DNA of 64,000 bases from an uncultured Gammaproteobacteria bacterium (lineage in GTDB: Bacteria; Pseudomonadota; Gammaproteobacteria; Natronospirales; REEB76), in contig CAZPAO010000010.1 in the NCBI GenBank assembly GCA_964584665.1, positions 435-64,434 on the forward strand, read 5' to 3'. A program made the translations under genes and the position numbers. The notes under the pieces are model-generated. The model was not told the origin of the DNA and ran no database searches. It was given only the letters and a program-made list of their open reading frames with translations. Positions 56,576 through 64,000 of the stretch are shown in pieces. Numbering within the stretch: the stretch's first letter is position 1; each line of letters opens with the position of its first letter.

Positions 56576-57082
56576 TCAGTGCGTGGCGGCCGCGGGAGCC
56601 GGCGTCGCCGGGCCGTCGCTGTTGTAAGAGTCGCGATGGATCTTCCAGCCCTGCTCCGTGTGCTTCAGCACTTCCAGGAACTTGCCGTGATCCAGGGTCG
56701 AATTGTTGTCGCCCAGGAGCGTGTAGTAGCCGGAGCTGTAGGCGGTATCGCTGCCCGTCACCACCGTCTCCGCGACGTTCAGCAGCAGGCCCGACACCGG
56801 CGGCTGCAGCTCCTGCCGCTCGTAGGTCTCGATGGCGATGGCGGTCTTCACCGACGGATAGTTCGGCGGCATGAGGATGGCATCCGTGGTGTAGGTGGCG
56901 GCGATGCCGGCCGCATCCTTGGCGTTGAACGCCTTCAGGTACTGGTTGTGCAGCGCCGAGATGTCGTCCTGGGCGGCTTGCGTGGTGCGTGCATCAGGCT
57001 GGCCGCCTTGGGCGGCGCAGCCGGCCAGGGAAGCGAGGCCGAGGATGAGGGACGCGATCGAGATGCGACGGAGGGTGTTCAT
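56576..57082 (-). CDS. Lipoprotein with a DUF4440/SnoaL-like (NTF2 fold) domain
   Basis: Lipobox 'LASLAGC'. 'NAKDAAGIAATYTTDAILMPPN...GKFLEVLKHTEQGWKIHRD' is typical of DUF4440. Confidence 0.6.
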   Translation of the reverse strand: MNTLRRISIASLILGLASLAGCAAQGGQPDARTTQAAQDDISALHNQYLKAFNAKDAAGIAATYTTDAILMPPNYPSVKTAIAIETYERQELQPPVSGLLLNVAETVVTGSDTAYSSGYYTLLGDNNSTLDHGKFLEVLKHTEQGWKIHRDSYNSDGPATPAPAAATH

Positions 57083-57147
57083 CGAGGAAGCCCTTTTGTG
57101 TCGGATGACAGGTCCCGAAGTATAGCCCGGCAGGTCTCCGGCGCAAG

Positions 57148-57972
57148 TCAGATGCGGGCCAGCACCGCGTCCAGCCAGGCGGTGGGCAGGATGCAGCGTG
57201 CGGCGGAGAGGATATAGGCGGGTACGGTGACGTAATAGCGGGCCTGGGGGCGCCGGCTCTCCAGCGCGCGGGCGATGCGCCCGGCCACCACCTCGGGACC
57301 GACGGTGAAGGGCTGGTCGTCCTTGCGCGCGCCGGTCTCGGCCCGCAGCCTCGCGTAGGTGCCGCCGTGGGTGCCCGAATCCTCCACCTCGGCGTCGAAG
57401 TTCTTGAGGGAGTTGTCGCGGAAGCGGCTCTTCACGGGCCCCGGATTCACCAGCGCCACGTGGATGCCGGTGCCGCGCAGTTCGAGCCGCAACGTGTCGG
57501 TGAGGCCCTCCAGCGCGAACTTGCTGGCGTTGTAGGCGCCGCGCCAGGGCAGCGCCACCCGCCCGAGGATGCTGCTCACCATGACGATACGCCCGCGGCC
57601 CCGGCGGCGCATGGCCGGCAGCACGCCGCGGGTGAGTTCCACCAGGCCGAAGAAGTTCACATCGAACTGCCGTTGCAGGTTGGCGCGGGACAGGTCCTCG
57701 ATCGCGCCGGGGATGGCGATACCGGCGTTGTTCACGAGCGCATCCAGCGCGCCGCCCGTGAGGGTGTAGGCCTCAGCGAGGGCGCGTTGAATGGAAGCGT
57801 CGTCCGCCACGTCCAGGCGCACCGCATCAAACCCCAGGGATTGGAGCCGGGCCACGTCCTCGGGCTTGCGGGCGCTCGCGATCACGCGCCAGTTGCGCGC
57901 ACGCAGTAGTTCCGCGGTGGCGAGACCGATGCCGCTGGAACAACCGGTGATGAGCACGCTCTTCTGGGTCAT
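57148..57972 (-). CDS. Short-chain dehydrogenase/reductase (SDR)
   Basis: 'VLITGCSSGIGLATA' (TGxxxGxG), 'NNAG', catalytic 'YNASKFAL'. Confidence 0.9.
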   Translation of the reverse strand: MTQKSVLITGCSSGIGLATAELLRARNWRVIASARKPEDVARLQSLGFDAVRLDVADDASIQRALAEAYTLTGGALDALVNNAGIAIPGAIEDLSRANLQRQFDVNFFGLVELTRGVLPAMRRRGRGRIVMVSSILGRVALPWRGAYNASKFALEGLTDTLRLELRGTGIHVALVNPGPVKSRFRDNSLKNFDAEVEDSGTHGGTYARLRAETGARKDDQPFTVGPEVVAGRIARALESRRPQARYYVTVPAYILSAARCILPTAWLDAVLARI

Positions 57973-57975
57973 GGC

Positions 57976-59772
57976 TTACTTCAGCTTGAAGGCGGGTTCC
58001 GATACCACCGCCTGTTGCTCTTCAGCTTCCCGTTGCTGTAGCGCCCACATCCTGGCATACAGGCCCTCCACCTTCAGCAGTTGGCGGTGGGTGCCGCGCT
58101 CGGCCACGCGGCCCGCGTCCAGCACCAGGATCTCGTCTGCGTCCACGATGGTGGACAGGCGGTGCGCGATGGCGACGGTGGTGCGGTGGGCCGCCAGCTC
58201 TTCCATGGCCACGAGGATGGCCTGTTCGGCGTTGGAGTCGAGGCTGGAGGTGGCCTCGTCGAAGATCAGCACCGGCGGGTTCTTGAGGATGGCGCGGGCG
58301 ATGGCCACGCGTTGCTTCTCCCCGCCGGAGAGCTTCAAGCCTCGTTCACCCACCGCGGTCTCGTAGCCCTGGGGCAGGGACTCGATGAAGGCCTTGAGGT
58401 GCGCGAGTTCCGCCGCCCGTTCCACCTCGCCGTGGGGCGCTCCGGGCCGGCCGTAGGCGATGTTGTATTCGATGCTGTTGTTGAAGAGCACCGTGTCCTG
58501 GGGGACGATGCCGAGCTGGGAACGCAGGCTCGCGCGGGTGGCGTCGCGGATGTCGCGGCCGTCGAGCGTGATGCGCCCGCCGGTCACGTCATAGAAGCGG
58601 TAGAGCAGCCGCGCGATGGTGGATTTGCCGGCGCCGCTGGGGCCGACGATGGCGACCTTGGTGCCGGCCTGCACCTCGAAGTCCACGCCGTGGAGGATCT
58701 CCCGGTCCGGGCCGTAACCGAAGCGCACGTTCTCGAAGCGGATCTGGCCCTTGGCATGGCGCAGGGGTTCCGCGCCGGGACGGTCCGCCACCTGGGCATG
58801 CCGGTCCAGCAGCGCGAACATGCGCTCCATGTCCGTCAGGGAGCGCTTCATCTCGCGGTAGATGAAACCGAGGATGTTCAGGGGCTGGAACAGCTGGGTC
58901 ATGTAGGCGTTGACCATCACGAACTCGCCGAGCGTCATGCGCCCGTGCACCACCTCGCTGCCCGCCAGCAGCATCATGGCCGTGATGCCGAGCGCGATGA
59001 TGAGCGCCTGGCCGCTGTTGAGGGTGGACAGGGAATACTGGGTCTTGAGGGCCTCATGTTCCCACTTGGCCAGGTCCGCGTCGTAGCACTCCGCCTCGAA
59101 CTCCTCGTTGCCGAAGTACTTAACCGTCTCGTAGTTCAGCAGGCTGTCGATGGCGCGGGTGTTGGCCTTGGAGTCCAGCTCGTTCATGAGCCGCACATGG
59201 CGGGTGCGCCACTCGGTGACGGCGATGGAGAAGCCGATGTAGAGGGCCACGGCGGTTAGGATGATCACCGCGAACCAGCCGGAGAAGTTCCACAGGAACA
59301 CCACCGTCACCAGCGCCACCTGGATGATGGTCGGCAGCACGTTGAACAGGATCGCGCTCATGACGAAGCTCACGCCGCGGCTGCCGCGCTCGATGTCGCG
59401 GGACAGGCCGCCGGTCTGGCGCTCCAGGTGGAAGGCGAGGTCGAGGTCGTGCAGGTGGCGGAACACCTTCAAGGCCACCCGGCGGGCGGCCCGGAGCGTG
59501 GCCAGCTCGAACACCACGTCCCTGAGTTCCCCCAAGAGGGTGCCGGTGAAGCGCAGGGCGCCGTAGCCGATGAGCAGGGCCACGGGCAGCACCAGCAGCG
59601 CGTGCTGTGGGCTCAGGCCGTCCACCACCCGCTTCAGCAGCCAGGGCACCGCCACCGTGGCCAGGTCCGCCAGGATCAGGAGCACCAGGGCCAGGGTGGC
59701 CCGGCCGCGGAATTCCCAGAGGTAGGGGAGCAGGGAACGCAGGGTGGTGTTGTGGCGGGGGGCGGACTGCAT
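57976..59772 (-). CDS. ABC exporter, fused TMD-NBD half-transporter (ATM1/HMT1-like)
   Basis: Six TM helices, then the NBD with 'GPSGAGKST', 'LSGGEKQRVAIARA' and 'ILIFDEATSSLD'. The length and signature resemble bacterial Atm1-type exporters. Confidence 0.85.
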   Translation of the reverse strand: MQSAPRHNTTLRSLLPYLWEFRGRATLALVLLILADLATVAVPWLLKRVVDGLSPQHALLVLPVALLIGYGALRFTGTLLGELRDVVFELATLRAARRVALKVFRHLHDLDLAFHLERQTGGLSRDIERGSRGVSFVMSAILFNVLPTIIQVALVTVVFLWNFSGWFAVIILTAVALYIGFSIAVTEWRTRHVRLMNELDSKANTRAIDSLLNYETVKYFGNEEFEAECYDADLAKWEHEALKTQYSLSTLNSGQALIIALGITAMMLLAGSEVVHGRMTLGEFVMVNAYMTQLFQPLNILGFIYREMKRSLTDMERMFALLDRHAQVADRPGAEPLRHAKGQIRFENVRFGYGPDREILHGVDFEVQAGTKVAIVGPSGAGKSTIARLLYRFYDVTGGRITLDGRDIRDATRASLRSQLGIVPQDTVLFNNSIEYNIAYGRPGAPHGEVERAAELAHLKAFIESLPQGYETAVGERGLKLSGGEKQRVAIARAILKNPPVLIFDEATSSLDSNAEQAILVAMEELAAHRTTVAIAHRLSTIVDADEILVLDAGRVAERGTHRQLLKVEGLYARMWALQQREAEEQQAVVSEPAFKLK

Positions 59773-59885
59773 GTCTCTCCGGAAGATGGCGCTGTCAGCG
59801 GCTATAATGGCACGCCCCGCCAGCCGGCGGGACCTGGGAGGACGCCGTATCTATATATACCGGCCGTCCCGATTGAGACCCGTCC

Positions 59886-60227
59886 ATGCCGATATACGAA
59901 TACGAATGTGCGGCCTGCGGCCATAGGCTGGAGGCGCTGCAGAAAGTCAGCGACAAGCCGCTCCGGAAATGTCCCGAGTGCGGCAAACCCAAGCTACATA
60001 AGCTCATGTCGGCACCCTCGTTCCGGCTGAAGGGCGGCGGCTGGTACGAGACCGACTTCAAGTCGGGCCAGAAGAAGAACCTCGCCGACGGCGGCGGCAA
60101 GGACGAGAAACCGGCCGCAGCGAAGGCCGAGTCGGCGAGCGCCAAGCCTGAGCCCAAGGCGGCGGACAAGCCCAAGCCGGCCGAGAAGAAGACCAAGACC
60201 GAGAAAACCAAGGCGAAAGACAAATGA
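59886..60227 (+). CDS. FmdB-family zinc-ribbon protein with a Lys/Ala/Pro-rich tail
   Basis: 'MPIYEYECAACGH...RKCPECG' followed by the low-complexity tail 'KPAAAKAESASAKPEPKAADKPKPAEKKTKTEKTKAKDK'. Confidence 0.85.
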   Translation: MPIYEYECAACGHRLEALQKVSDKPLRKCPECGKPKLHKLMSAPSFRLKGGGWYETDFKSGQKKNLADGGGKDEKPAAAKAESASAKPEPKAADKPKPAEKKTKTEKTKAKDK

Positions 60228-60937
60228 ACGGCGAGCAAGTGCAACAGACCAAGCGGACCCTGATGGCGCGCCTGCGCCGCTACCTGCTCACGGGGCTGGT
60301 GGTGTGGATCCCCCTGGGCGTGACCCTGTTCATCTTCCAGCTGTTCATCGGCTACATGGATCGGCTCTTGCTGGTGTTCCCGCACGCCTGGCAGCCGGTC
60401 CAGCTCGTGGGATTCAACATCCCGGGCTTGGGCGTGATCCTGGCGCTCTTGATCCTGCTGCTCACCGGTTTCATCGCCAGCAACTACCTGGGCCGGGCGC
60501 TCCTGAACCTGGGCGCCGAACTGCTGGAGCACATCCCGCTGGTGCGCTCGGTCTACTCCGCCGCCAAGCAGATCTCCGACACCATGTTCTCCAACAAGGG
60601 CCGCTCCTTCAGCAAGGTGGTGCTGATCCGCTACCCGCAGCAGGAAACCTGGAGCCTGGCCTTCCAGACCAGCGAGTCCCTGGGCGAGGTCAACAAGAAG
60701 CTGCCGGAGCACATGGTGAGCGTGTTCGTGCCCACCACGCCGAACCCCACCTCCGGCTTCCTGCTGATGGTGCCTCAGGACGACATGATCGAGCTGGAGA
60801 TGAGCGTGGATGACGCCCTCAAGATGATCATCTCCCTGGGCGTGATCGTGCCGCCCTGGCCCAAGCCCCAGGAGAAGACGGACGCCACCGGCGGGGATAC
60901 CCTGCCTGAACTTGCGCATCCGCCGAGGCGCCCGTAA
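60224..60937 (+). CDS. DUF502 family membrane protein
   Basis: Two N-terminal TM helices ('YLLTGLVVWIPLGVTLFIF', 'GLGVILALLILLLTGFIA') and 'IPLVRSVYSAAKQI...P.TPNPTSGF..'. ATGA overlap with the fmdB stop. Confidence 0.8.
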   Translation: MNGEQVQQTKRTLMARLRRYLLTGLVVWIPLGVTLFIFQLFIGYMDRLLLVFPHAWQPVQLVGFNIPGLGVILALLILLLTGFIASNYLGRALLNLGAELLEHIPLVRSVYSAAKQISDTMFSNKGRSFSKVVLIRYPQQETWSLAFQTSESLGEVNKKLPEHMVSVFVPTTPNPTSGFLLMVPQDDMIELEMSVDDALKMIISLGVIVPPWPKPQEKTDATGGDTLPELAHPPRRP

Positions 60938-61004
60938 CATTCCCCGCCCCCAAGGGGGCGGTCGTCTTAAACCCAAGCTAACCAGCTGATTTCCAGGATC
61001 TTCC

Positions 61005-62792
61005 ATGCGTAGCCACTATTGCGGCCAGGTCAACGAAACCCTCCTCGACAAGGAGGTCCAGCTCGCCGGCTGGGTGCACCGTCGCCGCGACCACGGCGGG
61101 GTGCTGTTCATCGACCTGCGCGACCGCGAGGGCCTGGTGCAGGTGGTGTTCGACCCGGACCGCGCCGCGGTGTTCGCCGAGGCCGAGCGGCTGCGCAGCG
61201 AATACGTGGTGAGCGTCAAGGGCAAGGTGCGTCCGCGCCCCAAGGGCACCGAGAACGCCAACCTGCCGAGCGGCAAGGTCGAGATCCTGGCCACCGAGCT
61301 GACGTTGCTGAACCCGGCCGAGACGCCGCCTTTCATGCTGGACGAGGAGGGCATCAACGAGGAGCGCCGCCTGCAGTTCCGCTACGTGGACCTGCGCCGC
61401 CCGGTGATGCAGCAGCGCCTGCGCCTGCGCCACAAGATCGTGAGCACCCTGCGCAACTACCTGGACGACCAGGGGTTCATCGACCTCGAGACGCCGATCC
61501 TGACCAAGCCGACGCCGGAAGGCGCCCGCGATTACCTGGTGCCGAGCCGCACCCATCCGGGCCGCTTCTTCGCGCTGCCCCAGTCGCCGCAGATCTTCAA
61601 GCAGCTGTTCATGATGTCCGGCTTCGACCGCTACTATCAGGTGGCCCGTTGCTTCCGCGACGAGGACCTGCGCGCCGACCGCCAGCCGGAGTTCACCCAG
61701 CTCGACATCGAGACCTCGTTCCTGGACGAGAAGCAGATCACCGACATCATGGAAGGCATGATCCGCCACACCTTCAAGAAGGTGCTGAACGTGGACCTGC
61801 CGGACCCCTTCCCGCGCCTGAGCTACGACGAGGCCATGCGCCGCTTCGGCTCCGACAAGCCGGACCTGCGCATCCCGCTGGAACTGGTGGACGTGGCCGA
61901 CCTGGTCAAGACCTGCGACTTCAAGGTGTTCGCCGGCCCCGCCAACGACAAGAACGGCCGCGTCACGGCGCTGCGCCTGCCCAAGGGCGGCGAGATGCCG
62001 CGCAGCGAGATCGACGAGTGCACCGCCTACGTGGCCCGCTACGGCGCCAAGGGCCTCGCCTATATAAAGGTGAACGAGACCGCCAAGGGCAAGGACGGCC
62101 TGCAGTCGCCTATCGTCAAATTCCTGTCAGATGACGCGATCAAGGGCATCCTGGAGCGCACCGGCGCCCAGGATGGGGACCTCATCTTCTTCGGCGCCGA
62201 CAAGGCGCGGGTGGTGGCGGATTCCCTCGGCGCGCTGCGCCTGAAGCTCGGCCATGACCGCGGCCTGGTGAAGGGCGAGTGGGCGCCGCTCTGGGTCGTG
62301 GAGTTCCCGGCCTTCGAGTGGGATGAGAAGGACAACCGCTGGGTGTTCCTGCACCACCCCTTCACCGCCCCGCGCGTGGACTCCGTGGCGGAGCTGGAGA
62401 AGGACCCGGGCGGCATCCGCTCCCGCGCCTACGACATGGTGCTGAACGGCACCGAACTGGGCGGCGGCTCCATCCGTATCCATGACCAGGACATGCAGGC
62501 GGCGGTGTTCCGCATGCTCGGCATCAGCGACGCGGATGCGCGCATGAAGTTCGGCTTCCTGCTGGACGCGCTCAAGTCCGGCTGCCCGCCCCATGGCGGC
62601 CTCGCCTTCGGCATCGACCGGCTGGTGATGCTCATGACCGGCGCGCCGAACATCCGCGAGGTCATCGCCTTCCCCAAGACCCAGACCGCCTGGGACCCGC
62701 TCACGGACGCCCCGGGCACCGCCAGCGACGATCAGCTCAAGGAGCTGCACGTGCGCGTGCGCTTGCCGGCCGTGGAACCGAAGGCGACGTAA
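61005..62792 (+). CDS. aspS: Aspartyl-tRNA synthetase
   Basis: 'MRSHYCGQV', OB fold '[19 protein letters not shown]', class-II motifs '[18 protein letters not shown]' and '[14 protein letters not shown]'. 595 aa. Confidence 0.98.
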   Translation: MRSHYCGQVNETLLDKEVQLAGWVHRRRDHGGVLFIDLRDREGLVQVVFDPDRAAVFAEAERLRSEYVVSVKGKVRPRPKGTENANLPSGKVEILATELTLLNPAETPPFMLDEEGINEERRLQFRYVDLRRPVMQQRLRLRHKIVSTLRNYLDDQGFIDLETPILTKPTPEGARDYLVPSRTHPGRFFALPQSPQIFKQLFMMSGFDRYYQVARCFRDEDLRADRQPEFTQLDIETSFLDEKQITDIMEGMIRHTFKKVLNVDLPDPFPRLSYDEAMRRFGSDKPDLRIPLELVDVADLVKTCDFKVFAGPANDKNGRVTALRLPKGGEMPRSEIDECTAYVARYGAKGLAYIKVNETAKGKDGLQSPIVKFLSDDAIKGILERTGAQDGDLIFFGADKARVVADSLGALRLKLGHDRGLVKGEWAPLWVVEFPAFEWDEKDNRWVFLHHPFTAPRVDSVAELEKDPGGIRSRAYDMVLNGTELGGGSIRIHDQDMQAAVFRMLGISDADARMKFGFLLDALKSGCPPHGGLAFGIDRLVMLMTGAPNIREVIAFPKTQTAWDPLTDAPGTASDDQLKELHVRVRLPAVEPKAT

Positions 62793-62807
62793 GAACTCCT
62801 TAACGTA

Positions 62808-62837
62808 TGCTGAAAAGCCCGTCCCTGGGCTTTTCAG
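62808..62837 (+). terminator. Hairpin after aspS
   Basis: GCTGAAAAGCCC-gtccct-GGGCTTTTCAGC, a 12-bp stem 16 nt after the stop. There is no distinct U-run beyond the stem. Confidence 0.45.
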
Positions 62838-62928
62838 CTCGCCGGGCAAAAGCGTGGTTTTGCCCGGCTCCATTCCCCTGACGGGGAATGTGCAGCCCAT
62901 CCTTGGGGCTGCAGTCCAAGCGGTGAAT

Positions 62929-63372
62929 ATGAGCGCATTCAAACGCCCTGAGTCTGTATTGGTTGTAGTGCACACCGACGACGGCCAAGTGCTTAGGCTC
63001 CTTCGCCGTGAACCGGAAGGTTTCTGGCAGTCCGTCACCGGCAGCCTCGATCCCGGCGAGTCGCCCCTGAAGGCAGCATTGCGGGAAGTGCGGGAGGAGA
63101 CCGGCCTCGATCCGAGCGTCGGCCTCGCCGACGGCGGCATCATCAACCGCTATCCCATCCATCCCGCCTGGCGCCACAAGTACGCGCCCGAGGTGCAGGA
63201 GAACCAGGAATACGTGTTCCACCTGTGCGTGCCCGAGCCCTGTGACATAAGCCTGTCCTCCGAGCACAGCGAGTACCGCTGGCTGCCGCGGGAAGAGGCG
63301 GCGGAGCTGGCGGGCTCCGCCACGGACCGGGCCGCCATCCTTGCATTACTGCCGGCCCGCCCCCAGGTGTAA
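62929..63372 (+). CDS. nudB: Dihydroneopterin triphosphate diphosphatase (Nudix)
   Basis: 'RPESVLVVVHTDDGQVLRLLRREPEGFWQSVTGSLDPGESPLKAALREVREETG' parallels E. coli NudB ('FWQSVTGS'). aspS-nudB linkage is conserved. ATG at 62929. Confidence 0.85.
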   Translation: MSAFKRPESVLVVVHTDDGQVLRLLRREPEGFWQSVTGSLDPGESPLKAALREVREETGLDPSVGLADGGIINRYPIHPAWRHKYAPEVQENQEYVFHLCVPEPCDISLSSEHSEYRWLPREEAAELAGSATDRAAILALLPARPQV

Positions 63373-63418
63373 AATACCGAGTCAATCGCCGGCCCTCCCG
63401 GCTGTCCCTGAGGCCTCA

Positions 63419-64000
63419 ATGGCTGCCGTCCATCCCCTCGACTACGCGCCTTATTCCGAACTCGATGACCAAGACTGCGACGCGCGCATCCGCGCCGCCA
63501 AGGCCAAGCTCGGCAAGCGTCTGGTCATCCTCGGTCACCACTACCAGCGGGCCGAGGTCTACAAGCACGCGGACAAGACCGGCGATTCCCTCAAGCTCGC
63601 GCGGCTCGCGGGCGACTGCGACGCGGAATACATCGTGTTCTGCGGTGTGCACTTCATGGCCGAGGTGGCGGACATCCTCTCCAAGCCCGGCCAGCAGGTG
63701 ATCTTGCCGGACCTCGCCGCCGGCTGCTCCATGGCGGACATGGCCAACCTCGCCAAGGTGGAGACCGCCTGGCGCGAACTCGCCACGGTGCTGAAGCCCG
63801 ATGAGCAGGTCACGCCGATCACTTACATAAATTCAGCCGCGGACCTGAAGGCTTTCTGCGGCCGCCACGGCGGCATCGTCTGCACCAGCACCAACGCCCC
63901 CGGTATCCTCAAGTGGGCCTTCGAGCGGCGCGAGAAGGTGCTGTTCTTCCCGGACCAGCACCTCGGGCGCTGGACCGGCCACAAGCTCGGCATCCCGCTG
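63419..64000 (+). CDS. nadA: Quinolinate synthase NadA, 3'-truncated at the window edge
   Basis: My own translation from the ATG at 63419: 'MAAVHPLDYAP...LVILGHHYQRAEV...FCGVHFMAEVADIL...LAAGCSMADM...TYINSAADLKAFCG'. The frame is open to the end of the window, which is why it is absent from the ORF track. Confidence 0.88.
   Translation, partial: MAAVHPLDYAPYSELDDQDCDARIRAAKAKLGKRLVILGHHYQRAEVYKHADKTGDSLKLARLAGDCDAEYIVFCGVHFMAEVADILSKPGQQVILPDLAAGCSMADMANLAKVETAWRELATVLKPDEQVTPITYINSAADLKAFCGRHGGIVCTSTNAPGILKWAFERREKVLFFPDQHLGRWTGHKLGIPL

Noticed and set aside
59803-59808. A TATAAT hexamer upstream of fmdB, a TAGAAT (32521-32526) upstream of the ZIP transporter, and TATATAT (2298-2304) upstream of secA, as sigma-70 -10 elements.
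   Set aside because: None has a credible -35 (TTGACA-like) hexamer at 16-18-bp spacing or an extended TGn. That is too weak to annotate as promoters without TSS data.

Overview
GC-rich chromosomal segment (about two-thirds G+C by eye, G/C-dominated third codon positions), most likely from a gammaproteobacterium. The gene order resembles Xanthomonadales: lpxC, DUF721, M23 peptidase, secA, mutT-like, yacG, zapD, coaE, pilD, pilC, pilB ... pilA, pilR, pilS, sucC, sucD.

I support about 58 protein-coding genes. I found no rRNA, tRNA, CRISPR array, transposase or integrase.

Contents in order:
1. Cell-envelope and secretion housekeeping genes (1-7.7 kb).
2. A type IV pilus locus (7.7-24 kb). A roughly 9-kb glycosylation island sits between pilB and pilA. 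It holds a MOP flippase, GT9, GT4 and GT2 polyprenyl-phosphate glycosyltransferases, and two tandem GT-C/TPR membrane transferases directly downstream of pilA. pilA has a clear sigma-54 promoter with upstream CTGTC repeats.
3. sucCD, nadE, bamD, rluD, pgeF, an ABC-F ATPase, a ZIP transporter and clpB (24-36 kb).
4. An accessory-looking stretch (36-44 kb): secreted proteins, two tandem LysE exporters, a WYL regulator, a cupin, DUF1801/YdeI and a GGDEF protein.
5. argR, divergent from a tightly translationally coupled arginine operon: argD, argF', argB, argH, argG, X, argC (44.3-52.6 kb).
6. A lower-GC PAS-kinase and receiver island (52.7-56.5 kb).
7. An SDR, an ATM1-like ABC exporter, fmdB, DUF502, aspS, nudB and the start of nadA.

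The two leads I rate highest:
(a) Gene X (50477-51532) is an uncharacterised 351-aa protein with a BioD/DUF1611-type deviant P-loop. It is locked by 4-nt overlaps between argG and argC. The operon uses an acyl-ornithine carbamoyltransferase (argF') and contains no recognisable glutamate N-acyltransferase or deacylase.
(b) The pilin-linked glycosylation island with its duplicated, C-terminally diverged GT-C/TPR transferases.

All functional calls come from reading the translated motifs and the synteny. No database search was run.
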